Assembly (NCBI GenBank): GCA_904063045.1
Contig: CAJFCJ010000032.1
Location: forward strand, 186,001-250,000
Direction: 5' to 3'
Source of the DNA: Dimorphilus gyrociliatus
Lineage: Eukaryota; Animalia; Annelida
Length of the DNA: 64,000 bases
How positions within the stretch are numbered: position 1 is the first letter of the stretch; every line of letters begins with the position of its first letter. The notes under the pieces are model-generated. The model made no database searches. It was not told where the DNA came from and worked only from the letters and a program-made list of their open reading frames with translations. Shown piece by piece: positions 1 to 14,424 of this stretch. The position numbers were made by a program, and so were the translations under genes.

Positions 1-84
1 ATGAGAATATGCATTCGTAAGACCCTTATTCACAAAAAAACGGTCATAACAAGAACCAATGACTACATACAAAATAGCATATAC

Positions 85-618
85 TTGATATTTGACTTTG
101 GTAAAGGCTTATATACTGGTCTGAACTTGCATCTAAGCAGAATGAGTCAGAATTTCTGTCTTTTTTTTTAGGCGATATCTAATGTTTGAGGGAACCAAAC
201 CATATGAGGACAATTGCCAAAGTCAGATATCTTGTATGCTTATTTTAATAGGTTAGCCACTCACTTGGATAGCGGTTCTTCCTCCGTTATTTTCTCTATT
301 ATCTTCGTATGGACCCACGTAAGCGTACGGTTCTGGACGACTTTCACCAATTTGGTTTTCTGTTATAAGTGGGGCCTCGTAGCCTTTTCCAGATTTCTTT
401 GCACTTCGATTCGTTTTGTTTGACGCGACAGACGTACTGACTACTTGGCCTATTGGTCGATTTCTCTTCCTGATTTTGTCCTCCTCCATGCGGGCCCTTT
501 GAGCATCTAGTTTTTGTTGACGAAGGTCCCGACCGGGAGTTGTTCCTCCACTGCCAACGCGATCATCCTCCGGATCGCAAACGGAGCCGGGAGGTCCCAT
601 CCACCCTCCAGACGACAT
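85..618 (-). CDS. TUB: Tubby-family (TUB/TULP3-like) protein, N-terminal exons; the rest of the gene lies outside the window
   Basis: Exon 618-265 translates MSSGGWMGPP...RDLRQQKLDAQRARMEEDKIRKRNRP...YEAPLITEN. This matches the tubby N-terminal IFT-A-binding helix (human [23 protein letters not shown]...EEQAPLVES). Acceptor ttttgcag lies 2 nt before the ATG and donor CAA|GTGAGT is at 264. A plausible in-phase next exon is 178-85 (ISPKKKDRNSDS...). A likely 5'UTR donor (AG|GTAAGT) is at 1929. The C-terminal tubby domain is not visible. Confidence 0.8.
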
Positions 619-1194
619 ATCTGCAAAAAATAAAGAATATTTAGAGGAAGAAGTAGAAGCACAAGAGGAATGAATAGATAGACGTTTTTAAATAGTGGAA
701 TAAGAATAAATAGTGCTTTAAGTCCCATTAAATTACAATCGTAAGCCGTATTTTCCTATCTCGTCAGCGCACGCGTAAACACTGTCATTCAAGCAATTTC
801 ATTTTCTATGATAAATATTTTATAAGAATTCCATAGAATATTCTAATCGCCATTAAGAGTAGTTTTTAAGACTGGAAATACTTATATTCATTTCCTCGTT
901 ATGTATTACGGTATGTATGAGTATTATTACGTATTCGGGTATTTAAAAATATCATAATAATAAAACATATCCAGATAAATTACGACAAAGAACTTTTAAA
1001 GATTTATTACGTTTCTGAGAGGTAGTCAAGCATACAGTTAAGGTAGCGAATATCAAAGTGAATATACACCTTTTTAATAGTCGCATATTATTAAAAGTAA
1101 GATATATTTCTTCTATATATTAATCAGTACATTATTAATACTCAGCCTATACTTATGTATAAATGCGTATCTGCACATATGTGTCTATAGATGT

Positions 1195-1198
<4 letters not shown>

Positions 1199-1231
<33 letters not shown>
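1199..1231. repeat. (AT)n microsatellite; similar tracts near 1346, 2428, 10486, 14147, 45025, 45428
   Basis: Directly visible perfect dinucleotide runs. Confidence 0.95.
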
Positions 1232-1236
<5 letters not shown>

Positions 1237-1340
1237 GTTTTTAAGCCTTAATTATCTACTTTCTCTCGAATCGACAGTTTATAGATTTTAATAAAAATTT
1301 GTTATTAATCAAACACGTCTGTCCAATGTGACTATGCCTA

Positions 1341-1379
<39 letters not shown>

Positions 1380-2869
1380 GCTTTTCAATAGATATTTCGC
1401 CCATTCAATTCTCTATATAACAAAAACTCTCAATATAATCAGACGCTCTTTTTTTTTCAGGTATATCGCGCAGCGTTACCAAGGAGACGTTTTTTTTCCA
1501 AGATATTGTCTAGCTCCAACTGTATAAAAGTCTCTTCCTTTGGCTAAGCTAAAAAATCGATATACTTTAATCGATCATCAATCAATAGGGCATTATCCTT
1601 GGCATTTTTGTCTACAATTCTACCTTCAACAACAAAAATCGGGCAGAGAAATAGGGGGAAAATGAAAATATAAAATATCTATTCAGCACTCTGCCTGCTT
1701 AATCATGTCCTTTTTTATATATTGAAATATCTAATAGTTTTTTTTACATTACAAAATCTAGTAGTTGTCCCGACTTGTTTATATACATATAAATCCATCG
1801 AATGAGTTACAAATAATAAGTTTAGATAATTAAAACTAATTCTGATTTGAATACAGATTTCTTTAAAAATATGAAACTATCAGCGAATAATACGGTAACA
1901 TAGATTTTCACGAGAAATTACAGACTTACCTCTTACATACGTTGAGAATCGTATGAATGCGAGTCTTGCAGTAAAATTTTCTTAGTATCTGATTGGTCGA
2001 TAAATATAATCGCTGAGCGCCAAATACAAATTTTCATAATATAAATCTTACAATCAATCTCATAAGATTTTTTTTATTTTGCGTTAAACAATATGACTGA
2101 ATGGGAAATAGATCAAAGAGGCGGGGAACGGTATAGTTCTCTATCAATATTCACAAAATATATTCAAATAATAAATGACGTGTTAACCATCTTCGTGGTT
2201 TCACATGTTATATACGACATATATTAAATCTCTTTAAATCCAAGGTATTTATTAATCCGATTTCATATTTCAAATTTTGCTATTTTTTTCTATAAATGGC
2301 ACATGTTTCTAAATATATGCGCAAGTGTATTCGAACACTAGGTCTATTTTTAACAGTATATTAATCTACATTACTTAATTCAAAGCAAACATTGCGGAAA
2401 AGTAAAAAGAAACAATATATATACCATATATATATATATATATATATAATTAGTTAGGCATTTCTATTTAGAGTACTCTTTTTATCTTATAATTTAATAC
2501 TACCCTTTTATTGATGGCTAATAAAAAACCAAATAAGCCTAGTCGCTCTATCTTCTGTCAAGTTTTCCTAATTTTCTATTGTCTCCATTTTCCATATTTT
2601 TCTCTTTTTCTCTCTTGTTTTCGATACAAAAATACAATAACCGTTTTATTAAAATTTTCTACTCAAAAAATCTCTTGTAATATGTAGATAAAAGACGGAA
2701 CAAAAAGAAAAAACAACGAGAACGAACATCGAGCTTACTAAAACCAGTCTGATTCAGCTCGATATATTATGTGGAGTTTGCGGTCTTACTAAAACAAATC
2801 TTCTTCAGTCCGCAACCCATTTTTCAATTTTCATAATAACCGTAATAACAACAAATTTTCAAAATTAAT

Positions 2870-5168
2870 TTAATTACTCGATGGATTTTTTGTCGAAGGT
2901 TTCTCAGGAATATCATATTCATAGTCTACCCACCCCCTGCGACTTTGTCGAAAACCTCCGTTGTTTCCATTACCAGTTCCTCTAAAGTTGTTGTAGCTTC
3001 CTCGACCGCCACCACGTCCCCTATATCCTCTTCCCCCTCTGAAGTTTCCTGAGCCCGGTCGGAAACCGCCCCCTCTACCCCGTCTAACCGAAGATACCCC
3101 AAAAGTTTCAGAATTCAGCTTTCGTTCTTCTCTCCAATTGGGTCTTTCTTTGTCCTCACCGGTGTCGTCGCAAAGATTATCGAAAAAGCTTTTCTTTTTA
3201 TCATAATAAACAGATTCTTCTGTTTCTTTACCTTCTTCTTCCTTAGTTTCTTTTTCACCGTCGGTAATTGTTAACTTTTTCTTTATTTCTTCTTCCAATT
3301 CTTCTTTACTGAATTTAGCATTTGCTTCGTCAAAATCGAAATCTGAATCAAATTTGCTTCTTTCTCTCGAGTCTCTTCCTCCACGACCAGCACTGGAACC
3401 ACCTCGACCTCTTGGGCCACTTTGTTGTCTATATACCTGACCTCGAACTCCCGAAAAGCCTCTCATATTATTACCGCCACGCCCACGATTGGGATGCCCT
3501 CCCCTTCTTTGCGAGTCGTCTGTTTTCATTCTCTGATCTCTTTCTGTATATTTTCCTCCGTGGTGTCCACTACTTGAAACTAAAAGCAAACAAAAAGAAA
3601 ACCATCAACGATTATTGAAAAATCCTCAATAATGTCCTCCGTGAGCCAGATATTTAATATTTTTATGAAGATTTTATTGTCGTTGTCAAACCTTTAAATG
3701 GAACTCTCATGCTAACTTGCACACCTTGATCGAGGGTTGGCTTAAAAAACTTGACCGCTGTATTAATGTTTTAATTATTTCCTTATATTGCCGAAAAAAC
3801 CGAAAAAAATGTTTTGTCAGAGAAGCGCAAAATTAGTAAAAAAGGGGGCAAGTTAGCTGAGCCTGTCTTTTAAATGATCCATAGATATAACCCAGACATG
3901 CTCCTGACAAAAAAATTGATTTCATAATGTCTTTTCTTAAAATGGTCAAATAGATTGAAAAAAATTTTTTCTTCATAAAAAAATTCTGAATAAGGAATTA
4001 CTTCTTTTATATATATATATATATCTTGTTAATTTTTTCAACAATTTATATAATTCCATATTCATCCTTTCTTGTCTATAAAACAACTTGTAAACCACAT
4101 TTTTTTATATAATTAATAGAGTGGCATTTAATTAAAACAAGTTCATTTTTGGTTATGTCTATGGAGAATAAATGGTAATATATATACTATATTTAGGAAG
4201 TATATTGTTATTCTCTTAAAACATGAAAATAACTTTATGCTCTAAGTAAAGAATATATGTTTCGTTTGGTTTTTAAATTTATAATTAAACAAAAAAAGAT
4301 TTTTGCAGGAAAGCCACTTAGAGACAGTAAGCACTTCCTTATATAGTATATAGTGATATACCAAGCTAAGTCCTGTACCTGGTGATTGAACCTGGGGGGG
4401 TTGTTGCGGGGAAGAAGGGATGGGGGGAGCGTATTCCGACTTATCGCGACTTTGCAAAGGGCTTGTCGCGTTAGACGCACCGGATGCTGCTGCTGTTAAA
4501 CCAGAAGGTGCAAAAGTAGGTTGTGCTGGCTGTGACGACTGAAAAAAATTATCAAAACATCAGTTAATTTACACAATCATTGGGTTGAAATTGTGACAAG
4601 GCAAATTAAATTCAAGACTTTTTACACATAGTTATTAATTAACATGGAATTTCATTCTTAGTATGTACGCATATGTGCTCTACTGGATTTATTATCTATT
4701 TAAACTTTATTTCAAGAATTTCTACTATCGGTTCTACTTAATTTTAAAACTGAAAGCGTCCCAGTAAATGGACAATGAAATTTTACCTTAACAATAGCTG
4801 GATCGTGAGGTAAAGATGCATGAGGAAACGGACCTTGTGGCTTTGGTGGTTCACAAACGTGTATATCTTTTATATCAGATCCTCGGAAAATTATATATTC
4901 GTATATTTCTTCTCTAGGAGGTACTGGTCTATCAGTTGGCCTATCTTCTGTTCCGTATGAGCGCACTAAAGAGAAAAATTGACACGTTCTTGCATTAAAG
5001 AATTAATAGCTTTAATTTACAGCACTAACCTTTAGCCAGAGCAACAGTAGATTCGTTGGGATCAATTGTGTATAGTATACCATCATATCGAATTTGTGCT
5101 TTTGATATGAGACTGATTCGACTACCCAAATATGGAATTCCGGCTTGTGATTGCTGAGATGCAGCCAT
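2870..5168 (-). CDS. LSM14: LSM14/RAP55/Trailer hitch P-body protein, 4 exons (5168-5030, 4965-4787, 4538-4379, 3579-2870)
   Basis: Lsm domain ([26 protein letters not shown]...[10 protein letters not shown]), DFDF box ([12 protein letters not shown]), FFD box ([11 protein letters not shown]), TFG box ([10 protein letters not shown]) and RGG repeats. All introns are GT-AG and phase-consistent. Confidence 0.97.
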
Positions 5169-5729
5169 TTTTTACAGATTAATAGTTATACAAGAGATTT
5201 TTTCTGATTTCTTCCTCCTGCTCTCACTTCTTCTTCTGCTTTGCAAAATGGCGATGAGGGGGTTTTTACATGAGAATTCCTTTGTTATGAAATATGGTAT
5301 CCAGCTCCCTTAAATTTTTCATTTATTCGAGAAAATGAACTAGGAGCTTTAACCAGTCAATGGTGCTTCCCGAGATTGTCTGGAATAGATTGTACAGTGG
5401 TCCTCTTTATATAGTTTGAGCAGAATAGAATAGCTTTTTGTGATTGGACGGGAGCATTATTTCGATTTTAGATTATGTAGAGGGCGTTATCAATAAATTT
5501 GCTAGTTTTACTTCTATGAGCGATACACATGGAAAGACAAGTCTAAGATTAATTTAATTAAGTTAATTGATTTTAAACATCATCCTTTTCCTGATTAATT
5601 CAGGAAAGAGTTTCTAGTAGAACACTGCAATTTGAAGAAAGAAAGAAAAAATAATATATAGTTTGTTTACTGATTGAATTGTCATTATAAGCTTATCAAT
5701 ATCACGATTTTTTTACAGTAACTTTCGGA

Positions 5730-8098
5730 ATGAGATCAAATTTATCTAATAGAGAGTTCACATCGATATCTATAATTTCCAACGGCACGAATCGGCCGAA
5801 ACGTCAAGCAGTATGGAGGGTAAATATTTCTTTTTTGCAGAAAGTCTAACTATACCTTATCATTTATATTTGGCAATATTACACTTTCAAAAATAAAATA
5901 TAACTGAAAATTTATTCTTATTTTTAAATTTTAGTATTGGAATCGACTTTCAAGTTTACAGAGGAGTATTGTACTCGTAATGCTTATACTGGGTCTTATA
6001 TCAGCTATCTATCTCATTCCTACAATAAAAAAGGAATATTTTAGTTTAGAAGAGAGTCAAATCCAAGTTAGCAAATAGAAGCATATATTTATTAAATATC
6101 TTACTAATTGATGTACATTCAGAACGTAAAAGACAATATAAATAATAAAGAAAACGAAATATCTGTAAAAGAGAAAGAACCAAAAAAATTTAAAAAAAGT
6201 GTTGCAAATCGGCCAGAAGAAGTAAAGACAGTTAAGGAAAAATTACCTGAACGAGTACGTAAGACAATATATAAGAATATATTAGTTATCCTTTTTTTTA
6301 TGTCCATTTAGAACGCTGGGGAGAATGTACGTATTGCTCCTCCTATTTTACAAAAGAGACGAGGAAGGGGCTTAAGTGTTTGTACTTTCGTTTTTGAATG
6401 GCAATTCCTCAGTTTTAATAATCAAAACATTTATTTAATGCATAAATAGGATGAGAAAGAGCAAGAATTAATTAAAAAAGGGCCGCAAAATGAAAAACAA
6501 CGAGCAGTAGTAAATGCTTTCAAATATTCTTGGAAAGCTTATAAAACTTTTGCTTGGGGTCATGACGAACTTCGTCCTTTGACTAAATCGTCTAGTGAAT
6601 GGTTTGGTGTTGGCTTAACTTTAATCGATTCTCTTGATACTATGTATATAATGGGATTGCATGACGGTTAGTAAAATAGACATACTCTCTTACATATATT
6701 TATTATGATTGTTGTTGTTTAAAGAATTTAACGAAGCCAAGAATTGGGTTGCAAAGGAATTAACTTTCGACAAGAACAGAGATGTCAACTTTTTTGAGGC
6801 CACAATAAGAATCTTAGGCGGACTTCTTAGTGCATATCACTTATCAAAGGAACATGTATTTTTAGAGAAAGCTACAGACATTGGGGATAGACTACTGGGA
6901 GCTTTTTCATCTGGTAGTGCCATACCATACTCTGATGTAAATCTTAAGACTCGCATAGGTCATGCACCTCGCTGGGGTCCAGATAGTAGTGTATCAGAAG
7001 TAACAACTGTACAGTTAGAAATGAAAGATCTGAGTAAACTTACTGGTGATAATAAATATGCAGTTTGTATTTTCAAACTTTGCTGTAATATATGATTTAT
7101 TTCATTTACTATTTGTCTATCCTTATCAGACTGCCGTAGAGAAAATTAGCAATCACATCTTACAACTTGGTAAGAAAGATGGTCTGGTTCCGATGTTTAT
7201 AAATGCAAGAACTGGTCAATTTCGGTCAATGTCAACTATTACTCTTGGAGCCAGAGCTGATAGTTATTATGAATATCTTTTTAAACAATGGTTGCAAAGC
7301 AACCGAAAGAATGAAGTTATGAAAAATGAATATTTACAAGCTGTTGAAGGAATGAAAAAACATTTAATGCGAGAAACAGTTCCAAATAGATATTTGTATT
7401 TTGGCGAATTACTGGGAAGCCGAACTTTTAGTCCTAAAATGGTTTGTCTTAAAATTGCTTGGAAATGCTTAACTTATAATACTATAATCTGTATTCTGTT
7501 TATATTTAGGATCACCTCGTCTGCTTTCTAGCAGGTACATTCGCTTTAGCTGCTCACAATAATATTGGAAAAGATCATTTAGATCTTGGTAAGAGATTAG
7601 GAGAAACTTGCTACAAAATGTACGAGACAATGCCGACACATTTAAGCCCTGAAATTGCTTACTTTAACCAAGTTGAGGGTGCCACTGAAGATATAATTGT
7701 AAAACCAGCTGATACGCACAATTTACAAAGACCCGAAACAGTTGAAAGTTTAATGTACTTATACCGAATTACTGGAGATGCAAAATATAGAGAGTGGGGA
7801 TGGAAGATCTTTGAGGCCTTTGAAAAATATACTAAAGTCGAAAATGGCTACAGGTAAATGTTTAATTGGTATTAAAATAATAACAATTTCTAACAATTCT
7901 CTGTAAAAAAAAAACAGTTCAATCGACAATGTAAAAAATCCATCAAATGTGGGATATCGAAATAAAATGGAGTCATTCTGGACGGGTGAAACTCTCAAAT
8001 ATCTTTACTTGCTGTTCAGTGATGATGTCGAACTAATGAGTATTGATAAATGGGTATTTAACTCTGAAGCTCATCCTCTACCCATATGGAATGACTAG
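5730..8098 (+). CDS. MAN1B1: ER alpha-1,2-mannosidase (GH47), 9 exons (5730-5819, 5935-6066, 6123-6254, 6312-6377, 6450-6666, 6725-7062, 7130-7441, 7510-7853, 7918-8098)
   Basis: Type II membrane anchor ([27 protein letters not shown]). GH47 motifs [73 protein letters not shown] and NSEAHPLP. Phases are consistent; the exon 4 donor is less certain. Confidence 0.96.
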
Positions 8099-9095
8099 TA
8101 AATTAAATAATGAATGAATACAGTCTTAGAGAAATGAAAATGACTATATTTTTGAACATTCAAGAAATATTCTACATTTCTATTTAAATTTTGCTAGTTT
8201 TGCTAACGTGTGATGATGGTTCTCAAGTGTTCATCGAACTAAAATCATAAAAACAAATGAAATCGAAAAGATTTTTACATTCCGAGTAAAAAAATCCTTT
8301 CTACTGATTTTAATAATATATAAAAGAAAACTGTTCATCCCTTTTTCTTATAGTATTTTATATGAAAAGATTGTTTTGTGTCTCTAGTTTTTCTAGGCTA
8401 CAAAAGCTAGTATACCTTTTTCAATTAAGTTTGCGGTGCAATAAATGCTTATAATTATTATTTAAATAATTTTCTTGTCTATTTACATAATAAAAGAACC
8501 TAATAAATAATTATACTACATAATACTAATGTCTTTACGGTTTTAGTCAGCAATTGTCCAACTAAAAATACGGCGGTAAGGTGATCGATCTTTAGTTTGC
8601 ACTTGTATATAAAATATGTACAGTTTTCAAGGAATCTTTGTTATTCTTCCAATAAACTGCAATTTATTTAGCATTGTACTACAAATGAAGAATACTTAGC
8701 GGATAATCTATTGAATAAATGCTGGTATTGAATATTTGAATTAACGGCTTTTTCGATCATCTGCTTATGAGGGCTGTTTTTCATGTTACTTAATTATTTC
8801 CTGGATATAGAGAACAAACAGTCAATGTTAAACGCTTTGTGCAGCTGTTCATCTATTTTAAATGAGAAATTATTGAATAGAATTTAAGGATATAGTACTT
8901 TTTCATTGCAATAACAACTGATTATAAACACGACAGAATAACAGATCCAAGTTTTTTAGAAGTTACGAACTACTATTTTGTAACCCAAACTATTTATTTA
9001 CGGGCTTTTCTTTACCGTTTTTAACGTAAATTTACCTTTGTACTTTGATCTTACACGGAACGGTAACCAGTTTCCATTCTCGTAGTCTCACCTTT

Positions 9096-9138
9096 GCGCA
9101 TGCTCAAAAACGCTAACATGGCGTTGTCGCGCATGCGC
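9096..9138. promoter_or_regulatory. NRF1/EWG-type GCGCATGCGC palindrome(s) in the TAF4 promoter
   Basis: Perfect GCGCATGCGC at 9129-9138 and a partial TGCGCATGCT near 9096, about 90-125 nt upstream of the TAF4 ATG. Confidence 0.55.
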
Positions 9139-9221
9139 ACTTTATTTCTCGTTTGGCATCGACAAGACTAGGAATCCGAGCGAAATTTGCTATAAATTTT
9201 AGGATTTGGATCTAAGCTAAC

Positions 9222-12200
9222 ATGTCTGCGACTGGCCTAGAGGAATTCTTAAATTCTGATTCCACTGACGATGGCCGTTTTGATAGTTTGGTGAGAAGTA
9301 GTACACCAACAGCCGCAAAAGAGATTCCTAGTAATTCAGTCAACAATAACCACATTGAAGAATTACAGAATGCTGAAATTGTGACAAAAAATGGTAATCA
9401 ACCGATAGTTGTATCAGCCAAGACTAACCCTGTACTAGTTAATGTCGGATCTACGAATGTTGGGACTCTTCCAACTAGTATGCTAGCTCAATCCAGGTCT
9501 CCTACTCCGAAAAAAGTGACTGGTGCAATCAGATCGCAAATTCAAATTGTCACTGTTGCTGGTGGAAATACGATTGGAAATAGGAATTCTCCAAATACCC
9601 CACAAAGAGTTTTAGCTCCACGGACTGTTACCAGTGCTCCAATAAGGATTGCACCACAAGCTAGGCAGCAGACTCCGGGACTCGTCTTACCTCAATCCTT
9701 GGGGCAGAATGCTCTCATAATGAAAAGTGAACAGGGACAGTGGGTTCTTCTGCAAGGTCAGACTGGTGCTCAAATTCAACAGCGTCCTGTTACCACAACA
9801 ACTGTTCGCGTAAGTTTTCCCTTAGGACACAAGCTCTGATTCTAGGATGTAGAATCTTTTTTAAAAAAAAAATGTAGAGACTCTACTCAATTGTTTATTT
9901 TAAAGAAAAAAAAATAGAATGTATGCAATTTCTTTTTTTATTCTGATTGTAATTCATCAACAACTTCCGAGAATCTTTATTCTTGCATTCTTGAAATTAA
10001 TGTTGTGAATGCGTTTCTGGATAGATATATTAAAGATTTTGTTGTGCGACTAAAATATAGTGCATGTATTATATTGTGTAGCAAAACGTCATGATGTCGT
10101 CACCAGTGCCCGCTCGAACGCAACTACCCGTCCGTTCCGCCGTCAATAGTCGAGTGAGTGTTGTTTTAATTAACAATTTTACTTTATTCATTTTTACTCT
10201 TTTAGTTATTTTACTTTTATTTTTTTACTCAGTTTTTTTTTTGCTAATTAACAATCTAAAGACCTTAAGCATCGTTAAAGTGACTGTTTTAATACGTGTA
10301 ATGTCTCTATAGTTTTTATATAGCATTGGTTAAATAACTAATTAATGGAGTCTCATTAGAACTATTCAACAAGGTTATCTTAGCTAATTAAATATTTCAT
10401 CCTTTAGTGAACAAAGTTCATTTAGAGTACCATGCCGTCAAAATTCCAATAAGTAACAAATGTCAGTTGGCGAAAACCCCTGAGGATATATATATATATA
10501 TATATATATAAATACATATAAACATATGTACCAAAGCTAAGTTTTATTTTAGTAATAACTTCCCTTGTTTATATTCTGATAAAATGAGGGGGTCAAATGC
10601 TGTATGCACATTCGTTCATTGCCCTAAGTTATTTACATTTATACCACCAGATGTCGTTAGTTCTTGGTAACAGAAAAAGAAAAGAGAGAGAAAGATTGAA
10701 TTCGAAAAGAAACTACACGGTTCTAGCAGCAGCAGCAGCAAAAAGTGTTAAATTTTTTTTACAAATACTATAAATATTCCATTGACTTTCGTAAAGTTTA
10801 ACAGAAACTTTAAAATAAAGAAAGATAGAAAAGAGAATTTTATAAAATCGTATATGCAGTTTAAATATTATTATTTCAGTGATTTTAACATGCTTTAACA
10901 AGATGGTCTTATTAATTAACTTTTGCTAGCAAACAAACAAACAAAAACTGCAGGCATTTGCATTTTGCCCAACGTTTTTTATTGAATAGTGGAATGCATA
11001 AATATATATAACTGTGAAAGAAACCTATTGTTTGCGTTTAGTTCGGTCTTCCACCACCCCAAGCCGCATCGATCCCCGTTTCTCATCAGCAACAACATGC
11101 AATGCAGACCAGAGTAAGTTGGACGACGAATTTCACTGCCTTTCGGCATAATCTTGCTAAAAAAATGTGTTTGTTATGCTTAAAAATCCTTTTATTTTTT
11201 TTTGAATGCCAAAGCTTCTGCTGTTCTTTTAAATGTGTTTTATTGTTTTGAGTCACACCAAAGTATCCTTTGTCATCTCAATTATTTTGAATTGTGAACG
11301 TTTAGCCTAAAGAAACTATTTGATTTTTTCTCTTTCTCTCCTATATAGATATATTTTAAAAAAAGATATTTTTTGATAAAGAATAACTATTTAAAAGAAT
11401 AGTAACAAAACTAAATCAGTAACAAATATGCTGAACGATCATAAATCTTAATATAAACAATTTACAAACAATTCGATTCGCTAACTTCTACTGATGTTAC
11501 ACAATTATCCATAAAAAACGACGTTTGTAATAATTTTAATAATTTTCTATAGCCTGTTACTGCAGTCGTCAGACAACAGACTCCGACTACAATCCGACCC
11601 GTTAGGCCTTCTCAACAAATTGTGAGTAAACGATTGAAATGGAGTTATTTACAAAACTATTTGATGCAAAAGTGTAACAATGTCTATTGTTTCAGCACGC
11701 AAGCCCAGCTCAACAGGAGAATATGAAAAAATGCAAAAATTTTCTCCAAACTCTTCTAAAATTAGCAGCGAACCAGCCAGAGTCTACTGTTAATAACGTC
11801 CGTCAGCTTATACAAAATTTAATAGATGGAATTATGAAACCCGAAGAGTTCACTCAACGACTACAAAGCGAATTGAAGTCCTCGCCTCAACCTTATCTAG
11901 TGCCTTTTTTAAATAAATCACTCCCCCTGCTTCGTAATGCCATGCATAATCAGAATATGATAATAGAAGGAATAAGGCCGCCTAGAACTATACAACAATT
12001 AAGTACACAAAGAGTAGTAAGACCAAATATAGCGGGTGGAAGCATCGACAAAGTTTCAGCATTATCAACGCTTATGAAGCCAATCCCTCCTACAATAGGT
12101 TCAACAAGTCCAGTTCGAACAAAAAACAAATATGAATCGTCGAAGTACGTTATCAAATTAGTATATATACTGTATATATAGTATATATGTATTTATTTGT

Positions 12201-13259
12201 CAAACAGAGGTTGATACTCTTTAGTAGTTTTGTTGAAAATTATTATTTATAACTTATATAGTTAGCTGTGTAAAAATGCAACCTCGGCTTGTCAAATGAT
12301 ATACAGAATATATAGTAGTACTGAATTAACTTTATAATCTATTAAGCATAGCAGGAGTAAGTGCTATAATAACATTTCTCTTTAGGGATGACGACGAATT
12401 CAATGACGTTGCTACTATGGGAGGAGTTAACCTTACGGAAGAATCCCGAAATTTAGCGGCGGCAAACGATTTAGGAACATTAAGGTCGTATAAAGACGAA
12501 GCACTGCTTGCCCAACCTTCCCTTCAGACTTATTTAAATTCTGTTATGAGAAAGCACGGGTTAGATACTGAGCAGGAACAATCCGATATAACAAAATTGA
12601 TCTCTCACGCCTGTCAGTTACGGTTAACACAAATGATGGAAAAGTTAATCGTACTTTCTGAACATCGGCTTGAATTATATAGGGGACAATATAATCTAGA
12701 GATGACATCGGACGTCAGGACTCAGTTAAAGTTTATTGAAGATATAGATAAAGTTGAGAAGAAAAGACACGACGAAGTTGAACGTGAACAAATGTTACGA
12801 GCGGCAAAAAGTCGATCAAAGAATGAAGATCCAGAGCAGGTGAAATTGAAGCAGAAAGCTAAAGAATTTCAGCAATTACAGGCTGAGGAGTTGCGACACA
12901 AGGAAGCAAACGAAACAGCATTGGCCGCCATAGGAACTAGAAAAAGAAAGTTAGAAGAAGAGAGTAGACTAGCCAATTCTCCAGTATCAAACTCGAATTC
13001 AAACGGACAAAATCGGGTTCCGCAAAATCTGGTTAGTAAATTATGAATATTGTTTTTTCGTTTAATAGTATAAAAAAAATCGGACAAAATAGATGATTAG
13101 AGATGATAATTTTGGCTGTTTTTATTAAGTTTTTCCTCTTTAATTTAGGCTCGAAATCGTAAGAAGCGTATTACAGCAAGAGAAGTTATTCATGTTATGG
13201 AAAATGATAGACATCTTAGCAAATCGAAATTATTATATAAGACGGCGTTGAAACAATAA
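9222..13259 (+). CDS. TAF4: TFIID subunit TAF4, 7 exons (9222-9809, 10082-10153, 11042-11113, 11553-11621, 11696-12144, 12386-13031, 13149-13259)
   Basis: TAFH/NHR1 domain (KKCKNFLQTLLKLA...FTQRLQSELKSSPQPYLVPFLNKSLPLLR), DDDEFNDVATMGGVNLTEE, histone fold with ELRHKEANETALAAIG, and C-terminal REVIHVMENDRHLSKSKLLYKTALK. The three small middle exons rest on splice signals and open phase-0 frames only. Confidence 0.95.
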
Positions 13260-14142
13260 GCCACTAGTTTGTTGCTGTGATATTTGACATTTTTTGATAA
13301 AATTCTAATGTAAAACAATTTGCAAACTTCCCTCCCCGTAAATTGTTGAGAGAGAGAGAGAGAGAGGAAATATGTATGTAGTATACTTACAATTGCTTTA
13401 TGTATACTTATATACATTCAATTTTATAATTATAAATGTTCATAATGAATATGCATAAGTAAAAGGTGTAAAAAGTTTATTTATGCTATAAAAAGAAAAA
13501 GTTTAAGCTTTAAGGAGTCGTATATATATGTATATATATATATATGTATAATTAATGATTCAAATGTTTATATACATATATATATATATGTATATATTAC
13601 AGTTTGTTTTTTTTTTTCATTTTGTAAAATATTTTATCATACGAAATATAACAAAATGTATATGCAAAAAAAAACTTTAATAATTGTACATACAAATTTT
13701 GTAGTCTGTTATTGTGTTGTTCAACAAGCAGAGACCTTTTTGTTTTATTTCTATCTTTTTTTTTTTTTAAAAAATGAAAAAGAAATTATTGCTTGCTGTT
13801 CGGAATTTATGTATTAAGAATTAAATGATCTCAATACAAATTCCTTTATAAATGTTACATTGGAGAGGAAAAAATTATAATATAAAGATGTGTTTTCTTT
13901 GTTTTTTCTATGAGAAAATTTTCATTCTTTTTTTTTTTATCTCGGAACGAAGCAACAAAAGGAATAGTTTGTATTTCTTGTTTTTTGAAAATAAATTAAT
14001 ATATATGTATATATATTTATACATATATAGTTATACAAGTATATAAATATAATATATACGTATACATAAATATATGTACAGTACGTATAATACTATGCAT
14101 ATGTATTTAGATATCAATATTAATCTATTCATGATGCATATT

Positions 14143-14182
<40 letters not shown>

Positions 14183-14424
14183 TATATACATAAAATATCT
14201 TTACATATACCGTTCAGACAGCATAGAGTTACATTTATACACACTGTATACCAATTTTGCTGTCATTTTGTACAATTTTTTCTCTTTAGATAATATATTT
14301 TACATACTCGTTAACATATACAGACAGTGAACGCACAGAGAGAGAATCGAGGAATGAGGAGGCGGACTAGATAAATCTGGCTAAAAAAATAAAACAAACA
14401 AAAAAAATGAAACAAACAAAAAAT

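Noticed and set aside
507-728. ORF ending RLEGGWDLPAPFAIRR...
   Set aside because: Alternative frame of the tubby exon; the other frame has the recognisable tubby motif.
8500-9060. Exon-like fragments between MAN1B1 and TAF4
   Set aside because: No phase-consistent ORF could be assembled on either strand.
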